This document shows, in pieces, positions 1 to 10,970 of a stretch of 64,000 nt of DNA. The first letter of the stretch is position 1; each line of letters starts with the position of its first letter. The notes beneath the pieces were generated by a model. That model searched no databases and was not told the DNA's origin. It saw only the letters and a program-made list of their open reading frames with translations. Origin of the DNA: Naegleria gruberi (lineage: Eukaryota); NCBI GenBank assembly GCA_000004985.1, contig GG738845.1. The stretch is one strand, 5' to 3'. Position numbers and translations under genes: made by a program.

Positions 1-8
1 CAAATCGC

Positions 9-2177
9 TTGTTGTTTTTATTCTTGACTGAATGCGCTATGAGAAATATCATTACTACAGATAATGTTCTCCCCAAGTTAGCTCTCATATTTAAGAAACA
101 TGTGCATGACAACGATACTTGTCTATTACCATGTGTTGATAGTATTGAAAGAGAAATAATTTCTCTGAAGAATTTTCCTAACAACTTGAAGAAGATTGAA
201 AAATGCAATTTGAACACTTCTCATCTACATCCTTTGGTAATTTCCAATACACTCATGTGGAGAAATGACTTTACAGACATTTCAAATCTCAAGGCACTGA
301 TATGGAATTCATTGAAAACTACCAACTATTTGATTAACCCTATCAAAGTTATAATAGCAAATTTTGAAAAAGAAAATACCTACATATGGAACAATATGTT
401 AGAGCAAAGCTTTGATGTATTAGCTATTGAAAATATCAAACACCATGTTAGTAGTTTCTTTCCAATACGATCTAGAGAAGAAGAGGAAAAAGAATGGTCA
501 GTTCACTACAAGAGATTACAAAAGTTAGGCATAGATTATTTACAATATTACCCATTCAAAGATTTACATGCAAAGGCATTGCTATCCCTTTCAAAAAAGT
601 CATTAACCACCACTAAACTTGAAGAAAAGGAAGACATTATTGATATGTTTTTTCAACCCATTGATACCCTCAACTCTAATTCTAGACTCGTGTTGGATAA
701 CTCAATTAATAGTTTGAGCTTGAAAAAATCAACTAGTTCTCTATATAATCGCCAATTTGGATTTCTTTATAATGATCTATCGGATATGAGAAAACCAAAC
801 CAATTTCTAGATGATTGGGATTTGACACTAACGATTAAATGTATGTCTAGGAGAATACTTCGCAAGTTGAAACAAGCCACACAAAGAAGGGAAATTCTAG
901 GAAGGATGGAAACCACTTTCAATATTTCTTCAGAGCTTTCTGCTGAGATATTGGAATTTTCTTCATTTATGATAGAATCAATGGATAAGCATTCCAATAA
1001 GGAATCCAAATTGTTGAAAAAATTTAAGAACATTACAAATGGTGGCAGTGACAAACAAAAATTTTCATCCCTACAAGAATTAATTGAACAAGTTTTAGAG
1101 TTTTGTAAAAAATATGAAATTTCCAGAATATCGCATGAAACAATAACAGACTCACCAGAGCAAATATTGTTACCAAGAGAGCAATCTTCTTATTGCCCTG
1201 CCACCACTGTCAGAAATTCTATCAACAATAATGAAATTTACTCTATAGTACCATTTATAGAAAGAACCCTAACTAGATCTAAAACAAAGGAAATAATATC
1301 TAATACTCTAACAAGATACGAAGAGGATGATTTATTGTTCCAAAACCAAATGAAAATGGTAGAATATTCTCCTTTCCTCCATTACTTTGAGAAAAAGATT
1401 CAAAATATTTTTGAAAATTCTTTTGAAAACTCGTTTTTTGAAAAAATAATTGATTTCTCTTACATTTTGTCTTATGGAAAGGTGAAGATTTTAAACTTCA
1501 ATCATTATGATGAGTCTTTCAACTCTGTTTTCATAACCGAAGCTGAAGCATCATATATGAACGAGCATGACAGACCTTATTTCTATAAATCATCAGACAC
1601 TGCATGGGATATTCTGAATAAGGATTTCCCTTCTCATGCCATTTGTGAGAATTTTGAAAAACTAGAAACATTAGCATCTGAAGGTGTTGACAGCCGCATG
1701 ATATTTGGTGGCTTTTGTGGAGGAGATTGTGAATTGCTGCTTTTTCATCCTGATTGTGAAGAGTTAAAAAATGGGAACACTGAAATGAGCTATCTGAAAG
1801 AGGCACTTACAAATCGAAGAATGGAACATTTTGGAGAGATTACTTGTGGATGGATGAATTTTGATGACCTAGTTGGTCCTGGTATTGAAATGACAAATGC
1901 AAAATGTGGGAATATTACTAGAGAAAATATTTGGATTTCCAATGAATGTTGTACATTCAATTATAATCCAAACAAGACTCTTGAAGAGAACAACAAGGAA
2001 CGACAAGCTAAACAGAAAGCAAATAAGGGTTTAAAGTATGTCAATCACCCCAAAAGATTTAATCAACTTGAATGTGGACATCACCACTTAAGAGAAACAA
2101 TACCTCTCTATGATTTAAAATTCTTGTTTTATTCGGCAACACCCTTCAATTTCAAAGAGTTTTATGATAATAAATAA
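9..2177 (+). CDS. Hypothetical Cys-containing protein, 5' end uncertain. Reading frame is open to the window edge; the first ATG is at 39.
   Basis: Long uninterrupted ORF of 722 aa in the track, with a TTG pseudo-start at 9. I recognise no domain. C-terminal region has clustered Cys/His (CGGDCELLLFHPDCEEL, ECGHHHL). Confidence 0.5.
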   Translation: MLFLFLTECAMRNIITTDNVLPKLALIFKKHVHDNDTCLLPCVDSIEREIISLKNFPNNLKKIEKCNLNTSHLHPLVISNTLMWRNDFTDISNLKALIWNSLKTTNYLINPIKVIIANFEKENTYIWNNMLEQSFDVLAIENIKHHVSSFFPIRSREEEEKEWSVHYKRLQKLGIDYLQYYPFKDLHAKALLSLSKKSLTTTKLEEKEDIIDMFFQPIDTLNSNSRLVLDNSINSLSLKKSTSSLYNRQFGFLYNDLSDMRKPNQFLDDWDLTLTIKCMSRRILRKLKQATQRREILGRMETTFNISSELSAEILEFSSFMIESMDKHSNKESKLLKKFKNITNGGSDKQKFSSLQELIEQVLEFCKKYEISRISHETITDSPEQILLPREQSSYCPATTVRNSINNNEIYSIVPFIERTLTRSKTKEIISNTLTRYEEDDLLFQNQMKMVEYSPFLHYFEKKIQNIFENSFENSFFEKIIDFSYILSYGKVKILNFNHYDESFNSVFITEAEASYMNEHDRPYFYKSSDTAWDILNKDFPSHAICENFEKLETLASEGVDSRMIFGGFCGGDCELLLFHPDCEELKNGNTEMSYLKEALTNRRMEHFGEITCGWMNFDDLVGPGIEMTNAKCGNITRENIWISNECCTFNYNPNKTLEENNKERQAKQKANKGLKYVNHPKRFNQLECGHHHLRETIPLYDLKFLFYSATPFNFKEFYDNK

Positions 2178-2179
2178 AT

Positions 2180-4159
2180 TTAGAAAGTGTAATTGTTTGG
2201 ACAATCCAAAGCCCAAGGGAATTTGTCTTGCAAAGTTTTTGAGAAGAGTTTGGCTACTGGTACGTCAGTTCTCTTGCACCATGCAATTGTAATTCTAGGA
2301 TCACAATAGTTTGTTCTTGATGTTGTAAGAGAAACTGTCTTGTTTTCAATTTTCATCTTTTTTTCTTGTTTGAGATCATCAATCTTCTTCTTAATGGCCT
2401 CAATCTTGGAGGAAATAGATTCAGGGGTTTTTGGTAAAAGTGGTTGTGTTGGCTTTTTAGGTGGCTTGCTCTTCTTTGCAGAACCCAAATATGCAGCAAC
2501 AGATTTTCCTGCTTTTTTGGCTTTTTCAGCTAATTCTTTTTCTTGTTGCTTGTGTTCTTCCAACTTTTGTTCATATTCTTTCATTAATTTTTCATTTTCC
2601 TTATCCCATTTTTCTTTTACGTCTTCATATCCTTTCTTTTTAACTTCCTTTAATGCTTGTTGGAGTCTTTCCAAGTAGGTTTCTTGATCTTCAATTTTCT
2701 TTTCCATAGTTTCGACTGAAGTATCAAATGTCTTTGGTGCTGCACGTTGATGGTTACAGAGAATAGCAACTTGTCTGTTGGCAGAGTTGAAAATGCTTAC
2801 TTTCTCAGCAACACTCATGTCACTAGTAATTTCTCTTTCCAACTTTTTCAATTCTCTATCCAATGTAATAGATGCATTATAGGTACGGAAAACCTTGGCA
2901 GATAATTTTTCCATATAGGACTTGAGGTGATCATTGAGTTTGGATGGATTAATCTTGTGGAAGAGCATGTCAGATTTTTTCTTTCCTTCAATAAATCCCT
3001 TTACACATTTGTAAACCTCCTTCTCAACTTCTACAGTATTTTCATATCTGATTGAGTCTTTACCAAGGAAATCAAATTTGATAGATGAAGGAGCAACCAA
3101 GCTCACATGTTCAACTCTTAAACTGCAACAACCAACTGTGTCTGCCTCTTCTTCATCATCTTTTTCATTACCGACTCTCAAAGCAAGCTTATCTATAAAG
3201 TAGATGGCAACTCCCAATTGTCTATCACTTTCTTGCTTCTCCGTCCATTGTTGTTTGTAATCTTCTCTTATCTTTTCTATGCAATCCTTCAAGCTTCTTG
3301 CAGTTTGATATTTCAGATAATCATTCATTGCCTTCATACTTGATCCACTGGCAAATTGTACATACTTGTTCTTATTGTTGATTGCATCTTTAAAAGCAGC
3401 AACCCACAATACTGTATTGTTGGATACAACACCACCCCATTTATGTCCTGTTGGTGGAGGCGGAACATCTTCCAATCTTCCAATATTAATTGTGATATCT
3501 TCAGGTTGAATTCTCTTTTTCAACATACCCATTTTAGGATGGGTACCTCTACCTCTAAATAATCCAGGAGGTTCAATCTTGAACTGTTGAACCTTTTCCT
3601 TCCGTCCATCAACAAGAGCATACTTGTATGCGTCCTCAAACTTTGCTTTTAATTCCTTTTCCGCCTTCTTTTCTTCTGAAGTTCTGTTTAATTTGGTCTC
3701 CTTTTCTGTCAATAAATGTTCCCAAATTTTAGAAAAATCACACTTGGCAAGAGATTTGATTGTGTGATTTTTCCCGAGAAGTTCCTTCCAAGCAGCCCAA
3801 AAATTTTCATTAAATTGTTTCTTCTGTATGTAATCCGATTCCAACATGGAGGCGTACATTGTTGCTACTTCCTCTTGTTCTGGGTCAAGCTTTACAGGTT
3901 TTCCATCATAATAAACAGGAATGCTATGAGGTTGATAATCTGGTGGGAATAATACACCATTATGCTTGAGTGTTTGCCACTTTTGATCAGAGTTTAAAAT
4001 TGACTGGATAGTATCATCCGATTGTGCCCACCATTTGTAAACTCCATCATCTGGTTTAGTGTCCATTTCATCCTTAGATTCTTCCTTCTTTACTTTCTTT
4101 GTGTCTTTTTTAACTATTACTACCTTTTCTTCCTCCTCACTCTCACTATCATCATCCAA
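2180..4159 (-). CDS. TOP1: DNA topoisomerase I
   Basis: 659-aa ORF with an acidic/Lys-rich N-terminus. Core and C-terminal catalytic region ends ...TSRTNYCDPRITIAWCKRTDVPVAKLFSKT..., matching the Top1 active-site Tyr motif (SKxNYxDPRI). A-rich context before the ATG. Confidence 0.9.
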   Translation of the reverse strand: MDDDSESEEEEKVVIVKKDTKKVKKEESKDEMDTKPDDGVYKWWAQSDDTIQSILNSDQKWQTLKHNGVLFPPDYQPHSIPVYYDGKPVKLDPEQEEVATMYASMLESDYIQKKQFNENFWAAWKELLGKNHTIKSLAKCDFSKIWEHLLTEKETKLNRTSEEKKAEKELKAKFEDAYKYALVDGRKEKVQQFKIEPPGLFRGRGTHPKMGMLKKRIQPEDITINIGRLEDVPPPPTGHKWGGVVSNNTVLWVAAFKDAINNKNKYVQFASGSSMKAMNDYLKYQTARSLKDCIEKIREDYKQQWTEKQESDRQLGVAIYFIDKLALRVGNEKDDEEEADTVGCCSLRVEHVSLVAPSSIKFDFLGKDSIRYENTVEVEKEVYKCVKGFIEGKKKSDMLFHKINPSKLNDHLKSYMEKLSAKVFRTYNASITLDRELKKLEREITSDMSVAEKVSIFNSANRQVAILCNHQRAAPKTFDTSVETMEKKIEDQETYLERLQQALKEVKKKGYEDVKEKWDKENEKLMKEYEQKLEEHKQQEKELAEKAKKAGKSVAAYLGSAKKSKPPKKPTQPLLPKTPESISSKIEAIKKKIDDLKQEKKMKIENKTVSLTTSRTNYCDPRITIAWCKRTDVPVAKLFSKTLQDKFPWALDCPNNYTF

Positions 4160-4370
4160 AATTCTTTTTCTTTTCTAAAGTTTTGTTGAACAATAAAAAC
4201 GCAACCCGCAAAAAAAAACTTACGTCGACCATTTTTTTTTAATTGTTATTTAATTTCAAAGAGGCGGGAAGGTTTTTTAACTGCAGTGTATTTTGGGTGA
4301 TGTATTTTTGCGCCAACTTGGTTATTTTAAAACTACAAAAAAAAGACATAAATTTTTAGCCAATTTTATA

Positions 4371-6514
4371 ATGCCAATTTCACTTTTGTATGATTTTGAA
4401 GAAACCTCGGAACAGATTATTATTAAAGTTAATCTTAAAGGAGCTACCAGAAGTAGTCTCTCCACCACTATTTCTGATTGTTATATCAAAGTCAATTGCC
4501 CACCTCATCATTTTTTGGAATTAGATTTGAAGGAGACAATTGTGTTGGATGACTCATCGAGAACACACAAAGTTGAGGGTCACAATGTTGTGTTTGTTTT
4601 GAAAAAGAAGGATAAAAAGGAGTGGGGTTCTGCAATCTTGAAACCAAATGATGAAGTTAGCAAGGAGATGATCGAATCTAGAAGAAAGGAGTCTCTGGAA
4701 AGACTCTCGAAAATGGAGGCAGAAGAAAGAGAGGAAAGAAAAAAACAAAGGACAAAAGAAGAACAGAGACTTTTAGAGCTTCATTGGCAAGAGGAAAAGA
4801 AAAAGAGAGAGGATATTGAAAGAAAGAAACAAGAAGAAAAGGAGCAAGCAGCACTTGAATTGAGTCAACTTAAAGAAAGAGATGAAACATCTTCCCAAAA
4901 ATCTGAAAAATACAGGGTTGCAAATCAAAGACAAGTAACTATTGAAGATATTACTGAGGAGGATATAGCTGTTGATGAAAAGAACTCAAATTATGAACAT
5001 TTTACTGCACCAATCAGACAGACAGAAACATCAACTATTAAGTTATCATTCACACCAAGAGCATTGAGGACTCCTGCAAGGGAGGACAAGGATAGTGAAA
5101 CATTGAAAAAATACGAAATTTGGAGAAGAAAAAACAAACCTGCAGAATTGGAAGAAAATGGTAAGTATTTATTACTCTAAATAAGGTAAAATTTCTAGTT
5201 GTGTGGGTGATTGAAAGAGGAGATAAATTTATGAAAAAGAAAAATTTCAACTCTGCAATTAGTGCCTACACTGAGGCTTTACACATGGAATCGAGTGTCA
5301 TTACATGTTTGCCGAAGAGAGCAGAGTGTTTCTTTGAAAGAAAAGAATATTTGAAGGCTATCGAAGATTGTACCAATTTTTTGAACACTGAATCAAAACA
5401 GAATGCTCAAATAGAAGATAAATTCCTGCTTCAAGCATTAACAACAAGATCGAAATGCTATAAGGAGATTTCAGATCTTAAGAAAGCACTGGAGGATGTG
5501 AAAATAGCATATAGAATTGACTCGAGTATCGAACTACAAAAAATGATAAGAGAGTTAGAAAATACTCTATCAAAAGAGTTGATGGAAGACAAAGATAAGG
5601 CTGATTTGTTGAAAGATCAAGCTGATCAAGAATACTTTGAACAAAGATTTGAAGAGGCCATCAAGCTCTATACTGATGCCATCAATCATAGAGCTCATTT
5701 CTTCAGAGCCTATAGCAACAGATCTGTTTGCTACCTTCAACTGAATAGATACTTTGAGTGCATTCAAGACTGTACATATATTCTTCAAAACATTCATTCC
5801 AAATCGGTTCCTGAGCCCGAAAAAAAGAACGCTGCTTCTTTCATCCTCAAATCATACCTGAGAAGAGGTACATGTCATTTTAAAGTTGGTGACTACAATA
5901 ATTCATATAAGGACTATGAGCAAGCATCAAGAATGGCTCCAGAGGATGAAGAAATTCTTGCCGACTTGGAAAAAGTCAACGAAGAACTTACCTCCAAACT
6001 TCAAGGGGATTGGTTAAAAAATACAGCCAACAACTTTTACTTAAGAGGAGATTTTGCTTCTGCTATTCATTCCTATACATTGGCTGTCAATCTTGACAAG
6101 ACGAATCCAGTTTATTATTCCAACAGAGCTCAGTGTTTCTTTAAAACTGGTGACTTTGTCAGATGTGTAAAGGATTGCAATACAGCCCTCTCCGTGCTAT
6201 CTGAAGATGATGAACTGAAAGTCGATCAAATTCTGGAAGAGGAAAAAAACGTTGAAGCAATGCAAGACTCAAAGAAGGAAAAGGAAGAGTTTCCGACTAA
6301 TCCAAAACTTACTCCTAAATTGCAACTTAAACTCTACCTTAAAAGAGCAGTTGCTTACAAGGAGATGGAAGAATACGAAAGAGCCTTTTTAGATATTCGA
6401 AGAGCTCACCAACTCGAGCCTGAAAATAAGGAAATCAAATCAGAATATGATTCTATTGAAAAATTATATGAGTTAACTAAAAAAGATGAAATCAAAATTG
6501 AGATAAAGGAATAA
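4371..6514 (+). CDS. CS-domain + TPR-repeat protein, DNAAF4/DYX1C1-like (dynein axonemal assembly factor 4-like). Two exons: join(4371..5160, 5199..6514).
   Basis: Exon 1 encodes an N-terminal p23/CS-like beta-sandwich (IKVNLKG...DCYIKVNCPPHHFLELDL...HNVVFVLKKKD) followed by a K/E-rich coiled coil. The track ORF ends at a G|GTAAGTAT donor at 5161. A 38-nt intron ends ...TTCTAG at 5198. Exon 2 continues in frame into TPR repeats (NFNSAISAYTEAL..., NNFYLRGDFASAIHSYTLAV...). CS-N/TPR-C domain order is that of DNAAF4. Confidence 0.6.
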
Positions 6515-6570
6515 ATATTAATTTCTTTCGTGTAAAAATGTTCCTCACAAATTTTGAACATTAAAAAAAA

Positions 6571-9500
6571 ATGAGTAAAATGCTTGCAAAGATTCAAAAA
6601 TTGAAGAAGAGTAGAGCCACTTCTTCAACCAAACAAAACAAACATGAGGAAGAAGAGTATGATAAATCATTTTTCGGATATATGGATGATTCATCATCGG
6701 ATGATGACAATTTTGATCCATCAATTTATGGAGGAAGAGAAGTAGTTGGAAGTTTTGTTGAGAAGGATGGTAGTGATGATGAATTATCGGGACATGTGCA
6801 ATTTTCAACTAACAGTGATGACGATGATGAATATAATCTTACTGTTGGTGACCTTCAAAATGAAGAGGAACAACCAAAGAAGAAAAAGAAGACTACACCT
6901 GTGGTTTCAACACAAAAACCACAACAGGTTATAGAAGAACATAATGATGATAACGATCTGGAAATGAATGATGCAACCGATGACACTCACGAAACCAATG
7001 AAGACCATCAAGAAGAAACCTCAACAACTGCCAAAAAATCAAGTAATCTTGATGAATGGACAGAAGAGGAATTGAAAGAAAACGATTCTACCTCTTCCAC
7101 ATGGAAGAAGATTAAATTATCTGATGAGGATGCCTTTTCATGTGAAGGAATGTACTCTCTTGAAGTATTAGATGAAGATAATGAGGAATACAAGTCAATA
7201 ATGCGAAGTCTTTATGGTGATGACTATGACAAGAAAGATGAAAAGAAGGAAAATCCAACCAGTATTGAAAAAGATACCAGAACAAAGGAGGAAATCAAAA
7301 AGGAACGAAACAAGAAGAAAAGAGAAAGAAAGGCTAAAAAGGCAGAGGAAAAAAAGCTTGCTGAAAATACCACCCAAGAATTACAAACCAAAGTATCTCA
7401 AGAAGAAAAAATTGAAAAGGTAAAAAAGGAAAATGAAACAAAGAAATTAGAGAAGAAAAAACTTGAAACAACAGAACAAAAATTGGTCAAGAATGAACAA
7501 GAAAACAAAGTGCAAGAAGAAACTAAAAAAAAGAGAGAAAAAGCTGGTGATTTGAAAGTTGTAAATGAAAATGCAGATACTGCTCCATTTGAAGAAGTAG
7601 CTTCTAAAATGACTGCTTGGAATTTCAATGATACCATTCAATTACATGAACAAGTTGTTCGTAATTTGTATCGCCTTGGATTTTACAAGCCAACACCAAT
7701 CCAAGAAGAATCAATTCCTAAAGCTATTGGTCAACAAGCTGATATTTTAGCTGCTGCTGAAACTGGTTCAGGAAAGACATTGGCATTTGTTTTACCAATT
7801 ATTGATGAGTTGATGAAATTGAAAGAAAATGAACCTGCTCAACAAGTCAAAGATGATGAATCTAGAACTGTAGATGGAATTTCACTCAATGAAATTGGTG
7901 TTAAAAATAAGAGAAAGAAACTTTTACGCGATGTTAAAAAGGACATGTTCCAACTCAGATCACTTATTCTTTTACCTACAAGAGAATTAGCATTGCAAGT
8001 TTGTTCACATATTGAAGCTGTCATTCGAAACACATCCCTAAAGGTTGTTGGACTAGTTGGTGGACTAAATGAAGAGAAGCAAATCAGAGAAATTCACGTA
8101 CAAAAACCTGATATTATTGTTGCTACACCTGGTAGATACTGGTTTTATATTGATAAGGGTATGTTTGCCTCCAACTCAATTCTTGGCCTCAGATTTTTGG
8201 TGATTGACGAAGCTGATAGAATGGTAGCTGATGCTCACTTTTTCGAACTCCAATCCATTTTGAGATATATTACCATTGAAAGATTCAAAAGAAGTCAACA
8301 AGGAGAATCAAACTCAATCTTGAGAAAATTCATCTCTTCTGCAACTCTTACTTTTATTGATGATAAGTGGAAGAAGCAATTATATGAATTATCACTCCAA
8401 GAACAAGAAAAGAGAGAATCCAATTCAGAAGATTATATCAACCAAAAAGAAGAAGAACAGGTTGAAATACCTCAAGAACAAGATGCTGAGCATAAGAAGA
8501 AAGAAAAAGAAACTAAAACACAAAAGATTATCCAAAAAATTCTTGCCATTTTAGATATGAAAAATCCAGTGATGGTTGACTTGACTACCAGCAATTTATT
8601 AGCCCACACTCTCCAAGAAGCCTTCATACAAAGTACCAGAGAAGATAAGGTTCTCTATCTTTACTATTTCTTGACAATTTATTCTGGTCGTACAGTAGTC
8701 TTTACAAATAATATTAAGGTTGTTAGATTTATTGGTAATATTTTGAAAGAGCTCTTTAATAAGGGACCTAATGCCAAGCAAACAAGTATTACAATTGTTT
8801 CATTACATGGTAAGATGGACCAACAATCTCGTTTTAAGAATTTGGAAAAGTTTAAAAAGGCTGAAAATAGTATCTTGATTACTACCGACGTATTTGCTCG
8901 TGGTATTGATATTCCTGATGTAGAAAATGTTGTACATTTCAATATTCCAATTGATACCAAGACTTATATCCATCGTTGCGGACGTTCTGGAAGAGCAGGC
9001 AAACAAGGATTTAGTTTGGCTATTGTTTCTCCGGAGGAACGTAAATCATTCTATCATATTCTAAGAGATACTCGAGGTGAAGGTAGTGAAATGCCTCCTT
9101 TCCCGATGTCACATCCTGATTTGTTAGAAGTTTTACGTAAGCGTGTAAATTTGGCAATTGAAATTGAAAAATTGGAAGAAAGAAAGGCTGCCAGAACTCA
9201 AGAACAAGATTGGTTTACAAAACAAGCCGCTGCTATGGATATTGATTTAGATGAACGATTTTTCAAGGACTTGAAGAAAGATAAGGATTTGAAACTCAAA
9301 GGATTAGCTCCTGATCAAGAACGTAAGCTTGCAACTATGAAGAAACAACTTGAAGGCTTACTCAAACAAAATGTTTTCATGCAAACAAAGACAAGTATTT
9401 CAGGAACTAATCGTCTATTTACTGTTGGTGATCCAAGAAGTGTTGATCTTATCAGAGCTAGTCTTAGTGGATTGAGAGAAAACAAAGCAAGAGCTGATTT

Positions 9501-9582
9501 AGAAGAAGCCCAAAAGCCTTCCGAAGTTCCAACTAAAAGTCAATCGAAAAAAAGAAAGAGAAATCAAAAAAAGAATAAATAA
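6571..9582 (+). CDS. DEAD-box ATP-dependent RNA helicase with long acidic/Lys-rich N-terminal extension (nucleolar DDX24/Mak5-like)
   Basis: Helicase motifs present: Q motif (F..PTPIQEESIP), motif I AAAETGSGKTLAF, Ia PTRELALQ, TPGR, DEAD (VIDEADRM), SAT, HGKMDQQSRF, ARGIDIP, HRCGRSGRAG. Start codon lies in AAAAAAAAATG context. Subfamily assignment is a guess. Confidence 0.85.
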   Translation: MSKMLAKIQKLKKSRATSSTKQNKHEEEEYDKSFFGYMDDSSSDDDNFDPSIYGGREVVGSFVEKDGSDDELSGHVQFSTNSDDDDEYNLTVGDLQNEEEQPKKKKKTTPVVSTQKPQQVIEEHNDDNDLEMNDATDDTHETNEDHQEETSTTAKKSSNLDEWTEEELKENDSTSSTWKKIKLSDEDAFSCEGMYSLEVLDEDNEEYKSIMRSLYGDDYDKKDEKKENPTSIEKDTRTKEEIKKERNKKKRERKAKKAEEKKLAENTTQELQTKVSQEEKIEKVKKENETKKLEKKKLETTEQKLVKNEQENKVQEETKKKREKAGDLKVVNENADTAPFEEVASKMTAWNFNDTIQLHEQVVRNLYRLGFYKPTPIQEESIPKAIGQQADILAAAETGSGKTLAFVLPIIDELMKLKENEPAQQVKDDESRTVDGISLNEIGVKNKRKKLLRDVKKDMFQLRSLILLPTRELALQVCSHIEAVIRNTSLKVVGLVGGLNEEKQIREIHVQKPDIIVATPGRYWFYIDKGMFASNSILGLRFLVIDEADRMVADAHFFELQSILRYITIERFKRSQQGESNSILRKFISSATLTFIDDKWKKQLYELSLQEQEKRESNSEDYINQKEEEQVEIPQEQDAEHKKKEKETKTQKIIQKILAILDMKNPVMVDLTTSNLLAHTLQEAFIQSTREDKVLYLYYFLTIYSGRTVVFTNNIKVVRFIGNILKELFNKGPNAKQTSITIVSLHGKMDQQSRFKNLEKFKKAENSILITTDVFARGIDIPDVENVVHFNIPIDTKTYIHRCGRSGRAGKQGFSLAIVSPEERKSFYHILRDTRGEGSEMPPFPMSHPDLLEVLRKRVNLAIEIEKLEERKAARTQEQDWFTKQAAAMDIDLDERFFKDLKKDKDLKLKGLAPDQERKLATMKKQLEGLLKQNVFMQTKTSISGTNRLFTVGDPRSVDLIRASLSGLRENKARADLEEAQKPSEVPTKSQSKKRKRNQKKNK

Positions 9583-9583
9583 T

Positions 9584-9865
9584 TTAAATTTGTTTTGAAA
9601 TATAGTACACTATTTGACAATTGTAATCAATTATTTAAATATTCATCTACCTACCATTATTTCCTCTAATAAAAGCGTCTCCGTATGTTCCAGTCTGCAC
9701 TCCATCAACATATTCCTTTGTTTGTTCCAAAGCAACATTCATATATCCATCTAGACAGGTTAAAACTCCTCTATATTCAGCACCAGAATTTAATTTAACA
9801 ATCACTGGTTTTCCGACAATATCATTTTTTAAAAAGGTTGTTGGGTCCAAATTGTTTGCTGACAT
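9584..9865 (-). CDS. LSM6: U6 snRNA-associated Sm-like protein LSm6. Two exons: join(complement 9655..9865, complement 9584..9609).
   Basis: Exon 1 encodes ...PVIVKLNSGAEYRGVLTCLDGYMNVALEQTKEYVDGVQTGTYGDAFIRGNN, matching LSm6 almost residue for residue. The track ORF reads through a G|GTAGGTAG donor. A 45-nt intron (9610..9654) ends CAAATAG. The terminal mini-exon encodes VYYISKQI* (LSm6 ends ...IRGNNVLYIS...). The stop lies 2 nt from the stop of the convergent DEAD-box gene. Confidence 0.8.
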
Positions 9866-9929
9866 TTTTTTTGTTGATAAAATTATTTTTAAACTTTCAA
9901 TTTTTTAATTTTTTTAATATTTACAAGTT

Positions 9930-10970
9930 TTAAAGTTGTTCTGGCCTTGGATGTGATTCCTTACCAAAGTTTGGTGTCACTCTGACAAATTCTGCCTTTC
10001 TTTGCAATTCTTTAATATCTTTGGCACCTCCATAAGTGAGGGCACTTCTCAATGAACCACAGAAATTATCAATAACATCTTGAGCAGAACCTGTACATTT
10101 GGCATGGAATGAAACACCTTCTGGAACAGTACCTTTCTTCAAACCTCCATAGAAATCATCTTGGAAATCCTTACTGGCCTGACCTCTATACTTGACAAGA
10201 GTAATTTCTTGACCGTTTTCTAAAGTTTTCTTTGATTTTGGAGCAGCACTTTCCATTGTCTTTGCAAAAATACTTCCCATCATGACTGTACTAGCACCAG
10301 CAGCTAAAGCAAGAACCATATCTCTTTCAAAAACAATACCGCCATCAGCAATAATTGGAACACGGAGTTTACGAGCTAATTCAGCACAATTCTTGATGGC
10401 AGAAAATTGTGGTAATCCGAAACCTGTCTTGATTCTTGTAGTACAAGCAGCTCCACAACCAACACCAACTTTAACTGCATCAGCACCAGCTGTGACAAGA
10501 TCTTGATAGCCCATTGGTGTACAAACATTACCAGCAATGATTTCCTTGTGTGGTAATTGTTTCTTTAAATTTCTAATAAATGTACACATAGCATCACTGT
10601 GACCATGAGCAATATCAATAACTACACCTTTAGCTCCCAATTCCAACAATTTTACAGTTGATTCCATATCATTGAGACCACAAGAAACAAAACAATTATT
10701 TTCATATTTTTTCACCCATTCAGATTGTTTTTCAAATGAAGTGAAACGATGGAATAATGGAATACCTCCATTAGCAATCAAAACATCAGCCAATTCATCA
10801 CCAATAACTGTATCCATATTAGCAGCAAGGAGTGGCATTCCAATCTTTGTATTCTTTGTCAACCAAGTATCTAATGAAGGGTGCAAACGTGAAGGAACGT
10901 TATTATATTGAGGAACAAGTGTAACGTCATCAAATGTCAAACACACTTCTTGGTGAATATTGCTCATCAT
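9930..10970 (-). CDS. GMPR: GMP reductase (GuaC/GMPR, IMPDH-family TIM barrel without CBS insert)
   Basis: 346 aa, collinear with bacterial and animal GMP reductase: [15 protein letters not shown], catalytic-Cys loop [26 protein letters not shown]. Length is typical of GMPR (about 345 aa), not IMPDH. Confidence 0.85.
   Translation of the reverse strand: MMSNIHQEVCLTFDDVTLVPQYNNVPSRLHPSLDTWLTKNTKIGMPLLAANMDTVIGDELADVLIANGGIPLFHRFTSFEKQSEWVKKYENNCFVSCGLNDMESTVKLLELGAKGVVIDIAHGHSDAMCTFIRNLKKQLPHKEIIAGNVCTPMGYQDLVTAGADAVKVGVGCGAACTTRIKTGFGLPQFSAIKNCAELARKLRVPIIADGGIVFERDMVLALAAGASTVMMGSIFAKTMESAAPKSKKTLENGQEITLVKYRGQASKDFQDDFYGGLKKGTVPEGVSFHAKCTGSAQDVIDNFCGSLRSALTYGGAKDIKELQRKAEFVRVTPNFGKESHPRPEQL

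Noticed and set aside
767-1054. Numerous 60-110-aa antisense or overlapping ORFs inside larger genes. Examples: 767-1054, 2340-2678, 7195-7641, 19045-19254, 20448-20804, 44301-44516, 48798-49144, 51227-51485, 62683-63028.
   Set aside because: They lie wholly within, or antisense to, long conserved coding regions. They are low-complexity (poly-F/L/S from the antisense of K/E-rich codons) and lack A-rich start contexts. These are chance ORFs in AT-rich DNA.
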